This document shows positions 8,030-17,238 of a stretch of 59,854 nt of DNA, one piece after another (the stretch's first letter is position 1; each line of letters starts with the position of its first letter). The stretch is from IMG/VR virus record IMGVR_UViG_3300030419_008063, positions 1-59,854 of that record. One strand, written 5' to 3'. The notes under the pieces are model-generated. The model saw only the letters and a list, made by a program, of their open reading frames with translations. It had not been told where the DNA came from and made no database searches. The DNA is from a virus. Taxonomy: Duplodnaviria; Caudoviricetes. The translations under genes were made by a program, and so were the position numbers.

Positions 8030-8951
8030 CGAACAAACAGAACCATATCAAAAAGAAGTTCGTAAAAAACACAAAAAAATGAAAATAAAACTCATTGGAA
8101 AAGGTGGTAATAAGTATTCCAAAGGGCCATATAGCGAAAAGCCAGACTACGAAAGGTCAAAAAGCGCTCCGCCATCGGGAAAAAGAGACGAAATTCAAGA
8201 ACTCAACGAAGCAATTCATGCATTTTTTGGTTATGATCAATTCAATCTCAAAGATGAACTAAATCAGAAGTTTTGGAAAAATCCCGAAAAACTTGACTCA
8301 CGAGTGAGGCAAATACTTGTAAAAATAGGGAAAGACTTTTTCAAAACTTTGGAGGTGGATGCAGAGCTTATCGATATCACTTTTACTGGCTCTTTAGCAA
8401 ATTATAATTATGCTGATGAATCTGATATTGATCTTCACATATTGTTGGATTTTAAAAAAATAGATCATAGATTTACTTTTCTTAAAGATTATTTCACTTC
8501 AAAGAAAAATGATTGGAATAGAAAACATGATATTAAAATAAAAGGTTTTGAAGTTGAAGTCTATGCACAAGACGTTAATGAGCCTCATGCTTCTACCGGT
8601 GTTTATTCTCTTCTCTATGATCGCTGGGCTACAAAGCCAACAAAGAAAAAAATCAAAGTTGACTCTGCGGCTGTTTATAAAAAAGCCGCTGCCATCGGAA
8701 ATGCAATAAATGATGTTCATGCTCTTTTTTCAATAGGCAATTATGAGCAGGCACACGCAGATGCTGAAAGGTTGATGGAAAAAATAAAAAAGTTCAGAAG
8801 GTGTGGGCTGGAAACCGGGGGGGAATTTTCCTCGGAGAATTTAGCGTTCAAATCCCTGAGAAGAAGTGGGTATTTGGAAAAATTATCTAAGATAAAAACA
8901 AACGCATATGATGAAATGATGTCCATTGCCGCTAAAAGAGATACTAGGTAA
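8019..8951 (+). CDS. pol-beta superfamily nucleotidyltransferase with basic N-terminal extension
   Basis: TGSLANYNY..SDIDLHI and EVEVYAQD; family widespread in T4-like aquatic phages. Confidence 0.85.
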   Translation: MKIDEQTEPYQKEVRKKHKKMKIKLIGKGGNKYSKGPYSEKPDYERSKSAPPSGKRDEIQELNEAIHAFFGYDQFNLKDELNQKFWKNPEKLDSRVRQILVKIGKDFFKTLEVDAELIDITFTGSLANYNYADESDIDLHILLDFKKIDHRFTFLKDYFTSKKNDWNRKHDIKIKGFEVEVYAQDVNEPHASTGVYSLLYDRWATKPTKKKIKVDSAAVYKKAAAIGNAINDVHALFSIGNYEQAHADAERLMEKIKKFRRCGLETGGEFSSENLAFKSLRRSGYLEKLSKIKTNAYDEMMSIAAKRDTR

Positions 8952-8956
8952 ATGAA

Positions 8957-9268
8957 ATGTTATTTTCAAAAAAAATCATAAAAGCATTTATTTATGGAAT
9001 CTTGTTTTTTAATTTGGTTGATATATTTGTGTCAATCGGTGTCATAAAAAATGGTTTATATAAAGAAAACAATCCTTTTATGAATATTTTTATGAAAATG
9101 GATGGAATTATGCCTTTTATTCTTGTCAAAAGTATTCTAATTTGTTCCGGGTGTTATTTTATTTATAGATATAAGGATGTTCTCATGGCACAAATTGGGG
9201 CTTATCTTTGTTTTAGTTTTTATTGGGCATTAATTGTTCATTTTTATTATTTTTTGTGGTATAAATAA
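8957..9268 (+). CDS. three-TM membrane protein (DUF5658-like)
   Basis: FNLVD...ENNPFM...LVK pattern with three hydrophobic segments. Confidence 0.6.
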   Translation: MLFSKKIIKAFIYGILFFNLVDIFVSIGVIKNGLYKENNPFMNIFMKMDGIMPFILVKSILICSGCYFIYRYKDVLMAQIGAYLCFSFYWALIVHFYYFLWYK

Positions 9269-9309
9269 CTAATTATATGCTCAAACTTTACCTTACAAGG
9301 AGGAATATG

Positions 9310-9654
9310 ATGAAACTTAGCAAAGATAGGCTTAAAGAAATTATCATAGAAGAAATAAATAAACTGGATGTAAATGAAGCGCAGGATAAAGATAAAAGTT
9401 CTGTCAAACAACTAAAGGGCCACCGGGCATGGGATTTTTTCTTCGACCGGATGAAAAAGTTTAAAGTTGATGATGTTATAGAAATCACACAGGCTATAAG
9501 CGCTATTATGCAAGAATTGGGAATGGGTTTGGAAGATTTTCAAAAAGCAATTCCTTTGATCAAAAGAGATCTCAAAGGTGATGCGGCAGAAACTGAAGCT
9601 CCTCCAGAGGAAGAATCTTCAAAAGTACAAGTCGGAGAACCTGACGACCTATAG
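9310..9654 (+). CDS. hypothetical protein with head-protein-like N-terminus
   Basis: MKLSKDRLKEIIIEEI; AGGAGG SD. Confidence 0.75.
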   Translation: MKLSKDRLKEIIIEEINKLDVNEAQDKDKSSVKQLKGHRAWDFFFDRMKKFKVDDVIEITQAISAIMQELGMGLEDFQKAIPLIKRDLKGDAAETEAPPEEESSKVQVGEPDDL

Positions 9655-9670
9655 TGGGGGAAATAATCAA

Positions 9671-10528
9671 ATGCCTTTTTTTATTATTGATGAATCTGAA
9701 CGAGATAATTCAAGAACTATGGAATTGTTGGATGACTTTTATCCTTTTGCGAAACAAAGGATGAAGTTTGATAAAGATGCAACAATTAGATTTGTTTCGG
9801 ATAGAGAAAATGCAAAAAAAGAGTTAGGGAGAACAGCATATTATGATCCCGATAATCACCGAGTGACCGTATATGTTGATAATAGGCATCCCAAAGACAT
9901 TCTCCGTTCAGTTTCCCATGAGTTGGTCCATCATGCACAAAATTGCAGGGGAGAGTTTGACGAAAATTCTATTACCTTTGAGGGTTATGCTCAAGAAAAT
10001 CCACATCTTCGAAAAATGGAAATGGAAGCTTATTTAATGGGAAGTGGAATGCATTTTAGAGATTGGGAAGATTCTTATAAGTTAGGAGAAAAAATTATGA
10101 AAGAGTGGAAACAAGATAAAAAGGAGAAAAAAGTTTTGAAAGAAGCAAAAAAAGAAAAAGGTATTAAGCACGACTGTGCATCTCATGTAAAAGAAAATAC
10201 CACCGGAAGAGAAGGTGTTGTAATTTCCCATAGTCTATTGGAAGATGGAACAGTTAATTTTTATACAGTTGATTTCGGAGATGAGGTTGTGGAAGATATA
10301 AATGTTTCCGAACTCACCGTTTTAGAGATGCGCGAACACATGCATCAAAAAAGAGATGAGCCAAAACCGGATTATTTAGATTTAGATAAAGATGGCGATA
10401 AAGAAGAATCCATGTCTAAAGCCGCAAAAGATAAAAAAGTAAAAAAAGAAGGTAAATCTATTGCCGAAAGAAAAAAAGAAGCAAGAGAAAATACTTTTAT
10501 AAAACTGATGGAGAAGTGGACTAGATGA
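9671..10528 (+). CDS. modular protein: HExxH metallopeptidase-like domain, HDCA module and DxDxDG motif
   Basis: DILRSVSHELVHHAQ...EMEAY; HDCASHV; KPDYLDLDKDGDKEESM. Confidence 0.75.
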   Translation: MPFFIIDESERDNSRTMELLDDFYPFAKQRMKFDKDATIRFVSDRENAKKELGRTAYYDPDNHRVTVYVDNRHPKDILRSVSHELVHHAQNCRGEFDENSITFEGYAQENPHLRKMEMEAYLMGSGMHFRDWEDSYKLGEKIMKEWKQDKKEKKVLKEAKKEKGIKHDCASHVKENTTGREGVVISHSLLEDGTVNFYTVDFGDEVVEDINVSELTVLEMREHMHQKRDEPKPDYLDLDKDGDKEESMSKAAKDKKVKKEGKSIAERKKEARENTFIKLMEKWTR

Positions 10529-10773
10529 GTATTGCTGTTCAAAAAAATAAAATTCGAGGTGATTTCATAATTGAAAATTTCACAATTGGAGAATTGACTT
10601 TTCAAAAGAAGAGAAAAACAGAGGGAGGGGCAGGAGATATAACAATTGATCAAATTCCTTTCTCCCTAGGAGTGGGGACCGGCCATAGAGCCAGAGGAAT
10701 ACCTTATGTTATTTCAATTTCCAATCCGGATATGATATTTCCCTATCCAATAACACACAGTCAAGTAGATTAA
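10525..10773 (+). CDS. hypothetical protein
   Basis: 82-aa ORF overlapping the upstream stop. Confidence 0.65.
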   Translation: MSIAVQKNKIRGDFIIENFTIGELTFQKKRKTEGGAGDITIDQIPFSLGVGTGHRARGIPYVISISNPDMIFPYPITHSQVD

Positions 10774-10783
10774 GGAGAAAAAA

Positions 10784-11017
10784 ATGGGTAAAGCATGGAA
10801 AAGGCTGACTTACAGAAGAAAAGTGGAAGAAAGAAAAAAACAACAAGAAGAAATTGTAGATTTTGGAGAAATTATCACTGAAACAAAAACCCCTTCTGTT
10901 ATTTCGGAAACCACTAAAATAAAAGCTGAGAAGCCAAAAAAAATTGTGAAAAAGAAAAAGCCAACTAAAGCCAAGAAAAAATCTAAAAAAACAACAAAGG
11001 TCAAAAAAAATGATTGA
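10784..11017 (+). CDS. Lys-rich basic protein
   Basis: AAGGAG SD; histone-like Lys-rich C-terminus. Confidence 0.7.
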   Translation: MGKAWKRLTYRRKVEERKKQQEEIVDFGEIITETKTPSVISETTKIKAEKPKKIVKKKKPTKAKKKSKKTTKVKKND

Positions 11018-11288
11018 CTTAAACAAAATAACAAAAAATTTTCTAATGAAAGAGTGGAAAGAAAATCCGACATTATCCGGATATATCCAGTCTGTTCATG
11101 AACTTCTTTCTTCTTTGAGGCCAAAAACTCTCAAAGAACAAAATAGGGTTTCTGTTGCTAGGCAACAAATAAAGGAAATTAAAAAACTGACAAAAAAACT
11201 TGAAGAACGTGTAAGAATTTTAGAAGAACAAATTCAAGTTTTAGAAGAAGGTAATAATACAAAAAATGAAGAAAAAACTTCTAACTGA
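11010..11288 (+). CDS. coiled-coil hypothetical protein
   Basis: 92 aa, heptad-like C-terminus, overlaps its neighbours. Confidence 0.75.
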   Translation: MIDLNKITKNFLMKEWKENPTLSGYIQSVHELLSSLRPKTLKEQNRVSVARQQIKEIKKLTKKLEERVRILEEQIQVLEEGNNTKNEEKTSN

Positions 11289-13911
11289 AGGCGGTGCGGC
11301 TGGGCATATGTCCCATCCCTTTGATCTGAAATCCGTCAGAAACGGAAAAGATCTTATTGGTTTTTTTATGCTTGCGCAGGACTCTTTAGAAGAAAGCCCA
11401 GCAAGTGTGAAAATTGATGGCGTGAACGTAAGTTTTAAAGTAATCGGAGACGAACAAAGTAAACAGTTTGCAGTTGATAGGGGAAGTTTAAAAGCAATTG
11501 ACCAAGCCGGCGTTACTGTTTCAAATGTTAGAGAAAGATTTCCGAAGAATCCCGGCACAGGGCAAGAGCACGGGATGGTAAAATCGGTTACAAAACTTTT
11601 AACAATATTGAATCGCTCTCTTCCTAATATTGAAGAGGAACTAAAAGAGTTAGGACTTTATGATGATCCTACAAAATTTATCAACGCTGAATATGTTTCT
11701 GAAACCACAAACGTTACAAAATACGAAGATAATTTTTTAGCTTTTCATGGCATAAATCAGTTTTATGAAAGAAAAGATCGAAAAGGAAATGTTGTAAGAC
11801 AGGGCGAAAGTAGGCCGGAAAAATCAAAAGCGGTGAGTTATGAAGTGAAATATGATCAGTCAAAAATGCAGGAAATGATTGATAAAATAATGCCTGTTGC
11901 TGAAAAATATGGTTTTAAAATATATGGAAGCATTCCAACTGAATTCAAACAAAAGCCAAAATTTGATTCTGTTTTGTCGGAAACTTTTTCAGTTACGATT
12001 TCAGAAGAAAATATAGAAGAAAAATCGTTGAAACAATGGCTAATTCAAGCTGATAATCCCGCCGGAGAAAAAATTAAGGTTGGAGAGCGAAAAGGCGTTG
12101 GAGCAGTTAGTAAAGAAGTTTATCTTTTGGTTCTCAATGGAACACCTTTAGAACCCTTGATTGAAGATGAAAAAGAAAGAAAAAAAGCCATTGATGGTGC
12201 AATAATGTATCATGCGACTCGTGAAATGGGAAATATAATTTTAGATTCTTTGACCAGTGTTGCCGGCGAAATGAGAGATCATGAGGGGATTGTTCTGCGA
12301 GATGAGAAAAGATTTGGAACAAAAAATCCTATAAAAATAACGGGTGATTTTATTATTGGAGGCATGCAATCTTCATTTCAACAAGCAAATGAAGAATTGA
12401 AAGATGATTCTAAATATATTATTCTTATTCCCGGAGGTTTCAAACCTCCAACTGCTGGCCACTATGAATTGATGATGGAATATGCAAACAGTCCGCAAGT
12501 TGAAAAAGTAATTGTATTTATTGGAGATAGTCCTCGTGGAAGGTTTACGTTGGACGATTCTTTACAAGTTTTTGAAATTTATGGAATTTCTCAACACCCT
12601 AAAATTGAAATTAAAACAGTGTCTGGAAGTCCGGCAAAGTCTGTTTATGAGTTTATTGAAAAAGGTGGAGAAGCTGGTCAATATGAAAATGTAAAATTTG
12701 CGATGGGAGCTAGTTCTAAACCTGATAAATCAAAAGAAGAAATTACTGATGCCGCAAGGGTCAATGAATTTAAAAGATGGGCTGATGCCAATAAACAAAA
12801 ATTAGAAATTGACCCGGAAAAAGTCGATGTACCTCCTTTCGTTGCCAAAGTCGCAGTTGGAAAAGGAGGAATGGACTTGAGTGCTTCGTCTTTCCGACAG
12901 GCCATAGAAAACGAAGACGAAGCAGGAATAGATGATCATATTCCTAGATTTATTGTTGGCGAAAAAGGGGAAAATACTGGTCCTGATAATATTTATAATA
13001 AAGTAATGGCCATATTGAGACCAGAATCTTTAGAGGAAACATCTGTTATGGGTTCCGGAGCTGTGGCTATTGGACCAGTCAAAAGGGCAAAACCTAAAAG
13101 AGATAAAAAGTTGAAGAAACTTAAATATGAAAAAATTGATCGGAGTGAATTTATTATGGATCTTATTCAAGAAGAAAAGCTTAGAAAACTTATAAGAAAA
13201 ACTATCGTAAATATACGAGAACAACAAGAAGCAGAAGCTAAACTTCGAGGTGTAATAAGAAAATTAATCTCAGAACAAGAAGAAGTTGGCGGAAGCTCTT
13301 TCACCGGAATCAATGAATTAGGTGATCTTCTCAAACAAATTATGCCAAAAATTGAAATTCATTATAAAAAAATGAAAACAAGCAAAGGCCAAAGAGATTC
13401 TTTTCGCAAACATTTGGTTGTAAATTTGAAAAATCTCTTAAATGTACCTATCGCAATCGCAGATATTGCAGATCAATATGAAAAAATAAAAGCCGACAGA
13501 ACAGAAGACACCGAACCTCTGGCTTTAGAAGAAGATCTTCAAATAGATTTGACAGATCAGCCTGAAGAAGAAGAGGCTGCTATATTCGATTTGAAAGGTG
13601 ATGAAGAAGCGGCTGAAATAGAGCAAGAGTTGGAAAAAGAAGCAGAAGACGAAGTTGATTCTCTTCCCGGAGAAGACAAAACAGGAGCTGCTTTTGCGGC
13701 TGATGCCGTCAACGAAATTGACACTCAAGTTATAAATTCTTTCAACAGGGTAAAGGCCAATCCAGTAGATAGAGAATTATTTGTCCGTTATTTATTGATC
13801 AACGCTCTCTTGAATATGGATAATTATGAAGCTGAAATTGGAGAGGCTCCGGAAACGGATGTTCCCGGATATGAGCAAGAAAAATCTGAAATCGAGGCTG
13901 AATTGAGATAA
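11266..13911 (+). CDS. fusion of an ATP-dependent ligase-fold domain, a HIGH-type cytidylyltransferase-like domain and an acidic helical domain
   Basis: EGGAAGHMSHPFD, KIDG (motif I), HEGIVLR and IKITG; PGGFKPPTAGH and SASSFR; C-terminal LRKLIR/acidic region. Confidence 0.75.
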   Translation: MKKKLLTEGGAAGHMSHPFDLKSVRNGKDLIGFFMLAQDSLEESPASVKIDGVNVSFKVIGDEQSKQFAVDRGSLKAIDQAGVTVSNVRERFPKNPGTGQEHGMVKSVTKLLTILNRSLPNIEEELKELGLYDDPTKFINAEYVSETTNVTKYEDNFLAFHGINQFYERKDRKGNVVRQGESRPEKSKAVSYEVKYDQSKMQEMIDKIMPVAEKYGFKIYGSIPTEFKQKPKFDSVLSETFSVTISEENIEEKSLKQWLIQADNPAGEKIKVGERKGVGAVSKEVYLLVLNGTPLEPLIEDEKERKKAIDGAIMYHATREMGNIILDSLTSVAGEMRDHEGIVLRDEKRFGTKNPIKITGDFIIGGMQSSFQQANEELKDDSKYIILIPGGFKPPTAGHYELMMEYANSPQVEKVIVFIGDSPRGRFTLDDSLQVFEIYGISQHPKIEIKTVSGSPAKSVYEFIEKGGEAGQYENVKFAMGASSKPDKSKEEITDAARVNEFKRWADANKQKLEIDPEKVDVPPFVAKVAVGKGGMDLSASSFRQAIENEDEAGIDDHIPRFIVGEKGENTGPDNIYNKVMAILRPESLEETSVMGSGAVAIGPVKRAKPKRDKKLKKLKYEKIDRSEFIMDLIQEEKLRKLIRKTIVNIREQQEAEAKLRGVIRKLISEQEEVGGSSFTGINELGDLLKQIMPKIEIHYKKMKTSKGQRDSFRKHLVVNLKNLLNVPIAIADIADQYEKIKADRTEDTEPLALEEDLQIDLTDQPEEEEAAIFDLKGDEEAAEIEQELEKEAEDEVDSLPGEDKTGAAFAADAVNEIDTQVINSFNRVKANPVDRELFVRYLLINALLNMDNYEAEIGEAPETDVPGYEQEKSEIEAELR

Positions 13912-13912
13912 A

Positions 13913-14272
13913 ATGTCTTGGAAAAGAAAAAGAAAAATATCTGGTAAAAACCGGTATTATTCCATATCTAAAAAACTTCGAAAAGAAAAGAAATCCAACG
14001 AAAATTTCGAAGTCATGTTTAATAATCTTTCCTTAGAAGAAGTCATAGCACTTAAACTCGAACTTGCATCAAAGTCAATTGGAGGAAATCTATATGGTCT
14101 TCCTATATGGAGATCCTTAAAATATGTTGTTGAAGATGCAGTTCTAAAATATGCTCTTTCTGCCGCTAGGACAAAAAAAGAAGTTGCTAGATTTTTGGGT
14201 CTAAGAGAAACTGAAATGAGAAAAATAAATTGGATTTATAATCCGGATTCTTATTTCGAAGAAAATGAATAG
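13913..14272 (+). CDS. Fis-like helix-turn-helix protein
   Basis: VEDAVLKYALSAARTKKEVARFLGL resembles the Fis/NtrC HTH. Confidence 0.6.
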   Translation: MSWKRKRKISGKNRYYSISKKLRKEKKSNENFEVMFNNLSLEEVIALKLELASKSIGGNLYGLPIWRSLKYVVEDAVLKYALSAARTKKEVARFLGLRETEMRKINWIYNPDSYFEENE

Positions 14273-14393
14273 GCTTGCAATGATGAAGGGATTTTTTTTG
14301 TTTGTATAATGTAAACCTCAACTCCTCCAACGAGTTTGTGAAGGGAGGAGAGCATGGCTGTTAAGCTAGAAACCAGCCCATTGCAAGCCTATT
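14268..14393. repeat. 15-bp perfect inverted repeat enclosing two hairpins (candidate structured RNA)
   Basis: AATAGGCTTGCAATG (14268-14282) / CATTGCAAGCCTATT (14379-14393); inner CTCCTCC/GGAGGAG and GGCTG/CAGCC stems. Confidence 0.7.
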
Positions 14394-14403
14394 TATCAAT
14401 ATT

Positions 14404-14574
14404 GTGGGAGATGTAATTAGCTTGTTTTTATTTTTATTTTGTTTTTTTTATTATGTCTGTATTCTTGCTATCTTATTCTTATCTTATAATAAACCAGAAC
14501 AAGGCATAGAGAAATATGAAAACTCCTCTAGCCATGTAATGAAAGATATTATAAATAAATATTATTTTTATTAA
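14404..14574 (+). CDS. possible 56-aa membrane protein
   Basis: GTG start 8 nt after a CTATTTA motif; hydrophobic N-terminus VISLFLFLFCFFYYVCILAILFLSY; no SD. Confidence 0.35.
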   Translation: MGDVISLFLFLFCFFYYVCILAILFLSYNKPEQGIEKYENSSSHVMKDIINKYYFY

Positions 14575-15398
14575 TCCCTTTGCGGAATATAATATTCTGA
14601 ATTGTCTTTGTGCGGATCCGGGTTGATACAAAAGCCAAATCCAAACTTTTTCAAATGTTTATTTACAAAATCATTTAGTTGTTTCCATGTGGGAGATATG
14701 GAAATATGGTGAAATCGTCGACTAACAGCCGAAACCATTCCAACTATATAACCATCTGAATTCAAAATTGGAGAACCTGAAGAACCTCCGGCTACTGGAA
14801 TTCCTGTAATTGCCATAGGGAGTCCGCCAAAACTTCTATCTACCATTATCCCCAAATACCTTCCTTCATACATACCAACTAGGTCTTTTCCAAATAATCC
14901 CGTTGGAGCTGCGACATTATAAAGTTTTTCTCCGAGTTTTGGCTCGGTAGAGGAAATGTGAAGCATTGGAATATTAACTTTATCTATAGAAACGATTGCC
15001 AAATCAGATTTTTTATCCGACTTTATTATCTTTTTAAGTTTATATTTTCTCCCGGTTATATCTTGAAATGTGTAAGTGGACACAATTTTCAATTTTCCTT
15101 GACTTTCCAGCATTATTCTTTTGAAATTGCTAATCGGCTCCATCCATATCATGTGTGCGGCTGTCAATATATAACTACTTTTATTTGAATGATAAATTAC
15201 AGAAGCGCTTCCAGTCATCCGACCTTGGTGGACAATAGAGCATTTATTTGTTTTGCATTGAAAAAAAGTTGATTTTTTTTCAACAAATAAAAAAGAATTT
15301 CGTGGAAACACCGTTCGAATTTGTGGCGCAAGAGAAAAGCACCCGCTGAAAATAATAGCGGAAAAAAGGAATAATGACAATAGTACAAATTTTTTCAT
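14571..15398 (-). CDS. trypsin-like (S1) serine protease, lipoprotein
   Basis: Signal with lipobox-like FSGC; LTAAH, SDLA, GGSSGSP catalytic triad; AGGAGG SD. Confidence 0.85.
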   Translation of the reverse strand: MKKFVLLSLFLFSAIIFSGCFSLAPQIRTVFPRNSFLFVEKKSTFFQCKTNKCSIVHQGRMTGSASVIYHSNKSSYILTAAHMIWMEPISNFKRIMLESQGKLKIVSTYTFQDITGRKYKLKKIIKSDKKSDLAIVSIDKVNIPMLHISSTEPKLGEKLYNVAAPTGLFGKDLVGMYEGRYLGIMVDRSFGGLPMAITGIPVAGGSSGSPILNSDGYIVGMVSAVSRRFHHISISPTWKQLNDFVNKHLKKFGFGFCINPDPHKDNSEYYIPQRD

Positions 15399-15544
15399 AA
15401 TTTTACCTCCTAGTTCTAATTACAAAGTTCACCTCCTTTAGGCATGTTCCCGCCACCTAATAATAACTAGTGATATAATGAGTCTTTCGCAGGTATGAAC
15501 TATTTATTTATACATTTGTCATAAAGAAAAAGGACAATAACAAC

Positions 15545-16855
15545 ATGGCAAAAAAAACTTATATCCTTGATACCTCTGTTTATCTCACCGAGGCAGATGC
15601 TATCAGAAACTTTGGAAAAGACGATATAGTAATTCCTTTAAAAGTTTTAGAAGAGATTGATAAGCACAAAACAAGACAAGATGGCGTTGGTGCTCAAGCT
15701 AGAAAAATTATTCGTATTTTAGATGAACTTCGAGGCCAAGGAAATCTTCAAAAAGGTGTGCGATTAGCGAAGGGAAAAGGTTTAGTTCTCACCAAAACTT
15801 ATAATCCTGAGTATCTTCCGGAGGGTTTTGACGAAAGAAGCCCTGATAATCAGATAATATGTGTTGCTTTGACAGAAAAAAGAGAAAAACCAAAAAGAAA
15901 AGTTATATTAGTATCTCGTGATATAAACATGCGAGTAAAATGCGACGCGATAGGGATACAGGCAGAAGATTATCTAGCTAGTAAAATCGTCAGCGACACA
16001 ACTCAGCTTTATACTGGTTTTCGAAAACATTTGGTTGATGATCAAGTTATCGATCATTTTTACAATAACGAAGATGTTTTTATTGAGAAAAAATATGAAA
16101 ATTTTTATCATAATCAGTTCATTATGCTTGTTTCTAACGCAAATGATAAGAAGACATCATTATGCAGATTTAAAGGGCATGCAGTACCCTTAGAACGAAT
16201 ATACGACGGCAAAGAAAAGGAATGGGTTGTCAATCCTCGAAATAAAGAACAAAGTTTTGCTATGGATCTTCTTTTAGATGAAAGTGTCCCTATTGTAACA
16301 CTAATAGGAAGAGCGGGAAGCGGAAAAACTCTTTGTGCGATATCGGCGGGACTGCAACAAGTGTTGGATGAAAGAAGATATAAGAGACTAATAGTATCTA
16401 GACCCGTGCAACCCATGGGGCGAGATATTGGATATCTTCCGGGTACAATGGAAGAAAAAATGAGGCCTTGGCTTGCACCAATTAGAGATAATTTACAATT
16501 TCTCATGGGCGGTGATAAATTTATGATGGAAGAATACATGACTAATGGAACAGTTGAAATAGAGGCTATAACTTATATAAGAGGAAGATCTATTTCTGAT
16601 GCTTATATGATAATTGACGAAGCTCAGAACTTGAGCCGACATGAACTGAAAACAATTATAACTAGGGTTGGAGATAATACTAAAATTATATTAACAGGAG
16701 ATATTGAACAAATTGATAATGCATATGTTGATGAAACTTCAAATGGACTAACTTACGCAATAGAAAAATTTAAAGACTCCCAAATAGCAGGTCATATAAC
16801 TCTAAAAAGAGGCGAAAGAAGTAAAGTTGCAACTCTTGCTGCAAATATATTGTAA
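15545..16855 (+). CDS. phoH: PhoH family ATPase with N-terminal PIN domain
   Basis: ILDTSV...DNQI...SRDINMR (PIN); GRAGSGKT, GYLPG, RGRS, IIDEAQN, GDIEQID. Confidence 0.95.
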   Translation: MAKKTYILDTSVYLTEADAIRNFGKDDIVIPLKVLEEIDKHKTRQDGVGAQARKIIRILDELRGQGNLQKGVRLAKGKGLVLTKTYNPEYLPEGFDERSPDNQIICVALTEKREKPKRKVILVSRDINMRVKCDAIGIQAEDYLASKIVSDTTQLYTGFRKHLVDDQVIDHFYNNEDVFIEKKYENFYHNQFIMLVSNANDKKTSLCRFKGHAVPLERIYDGKEKEWVVNPRNKEQSFAMDLLLDESVPIVTLIGRAGSGKTLCAISAGLQQVLDERRYKRLIVSRPVQPMGRDIGYLPGTMEEKMRPWLAPIRDNLQFLMGGDKFMMEEYMTNGTVEIEAITYIRGRSISDAYMIIDEAQNLSRHELKTIITRVGDNTKIILTGDIEQIDNAYVDETSNGLTYAIEKFKDSQIAGHITLKRGERSKVATLAANIL

Positions 16856-16863
16856 ATTAGTTC

Positions 16864-16892
16864 TTTACTTTTTTACGATACTATGCTATACT
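16864..16892 (+). promoter_or_regulatory. sigma70-type promoter
   Basis: TTTACT, 17-bp spacer ending TGC, TATACT; upstream of the long operon starting at 16924. Confidence 0.7.
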
Positions 16893-16923
16893 CTTTAAAG
16901 CAAGCTTTATAAAGGAGATTTTA

Positions 16924-17238
16924 ATGGCTAAAAAGAAGAAAGAAAAAGAAGAAAAAATTATTAATGAAAAAGATCTTGATCTTGAAAATCCTGAATTGGA
17001 AAATAATGTTGCAATAGATACTCCAGTAAAACAATTTTTAGTAAATTATACAGGAGAGCAACATACACCTGAAGATGATCATGTAACTGTTGGAATGATT
17101 GTTGAAACTGTGGCAAAGGAATTCCCAGAATTCTTAATGGCAGTTGCTGAAGAGAATTGGATTAGAGGATACCATCAGGCAATGCATGATGTTGAAGAAG
17201 GGGAGAAAATTTTGAAGAATGAAAAGGATGATAATTGA
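16924..17238 (+). CDS. hypothetical protein
   Basis: AAGGAG SD; EFPEFLMAVAEENWIRGY. Confidence 0.85.
   Translation: MAKKKKEKEEKIINEKDLDLENPELENNVAIDTPVKQFLVNYTGEQHTPEDDHVTVGMIVETVAKEFPEFLMAVAEENWIRGYHQAMHDVEEGEKILKNEKDDN

Noticed and set aside
14268-14393. Autonomous IS element
   Set aside because: No transposase and no clear target-site duplication
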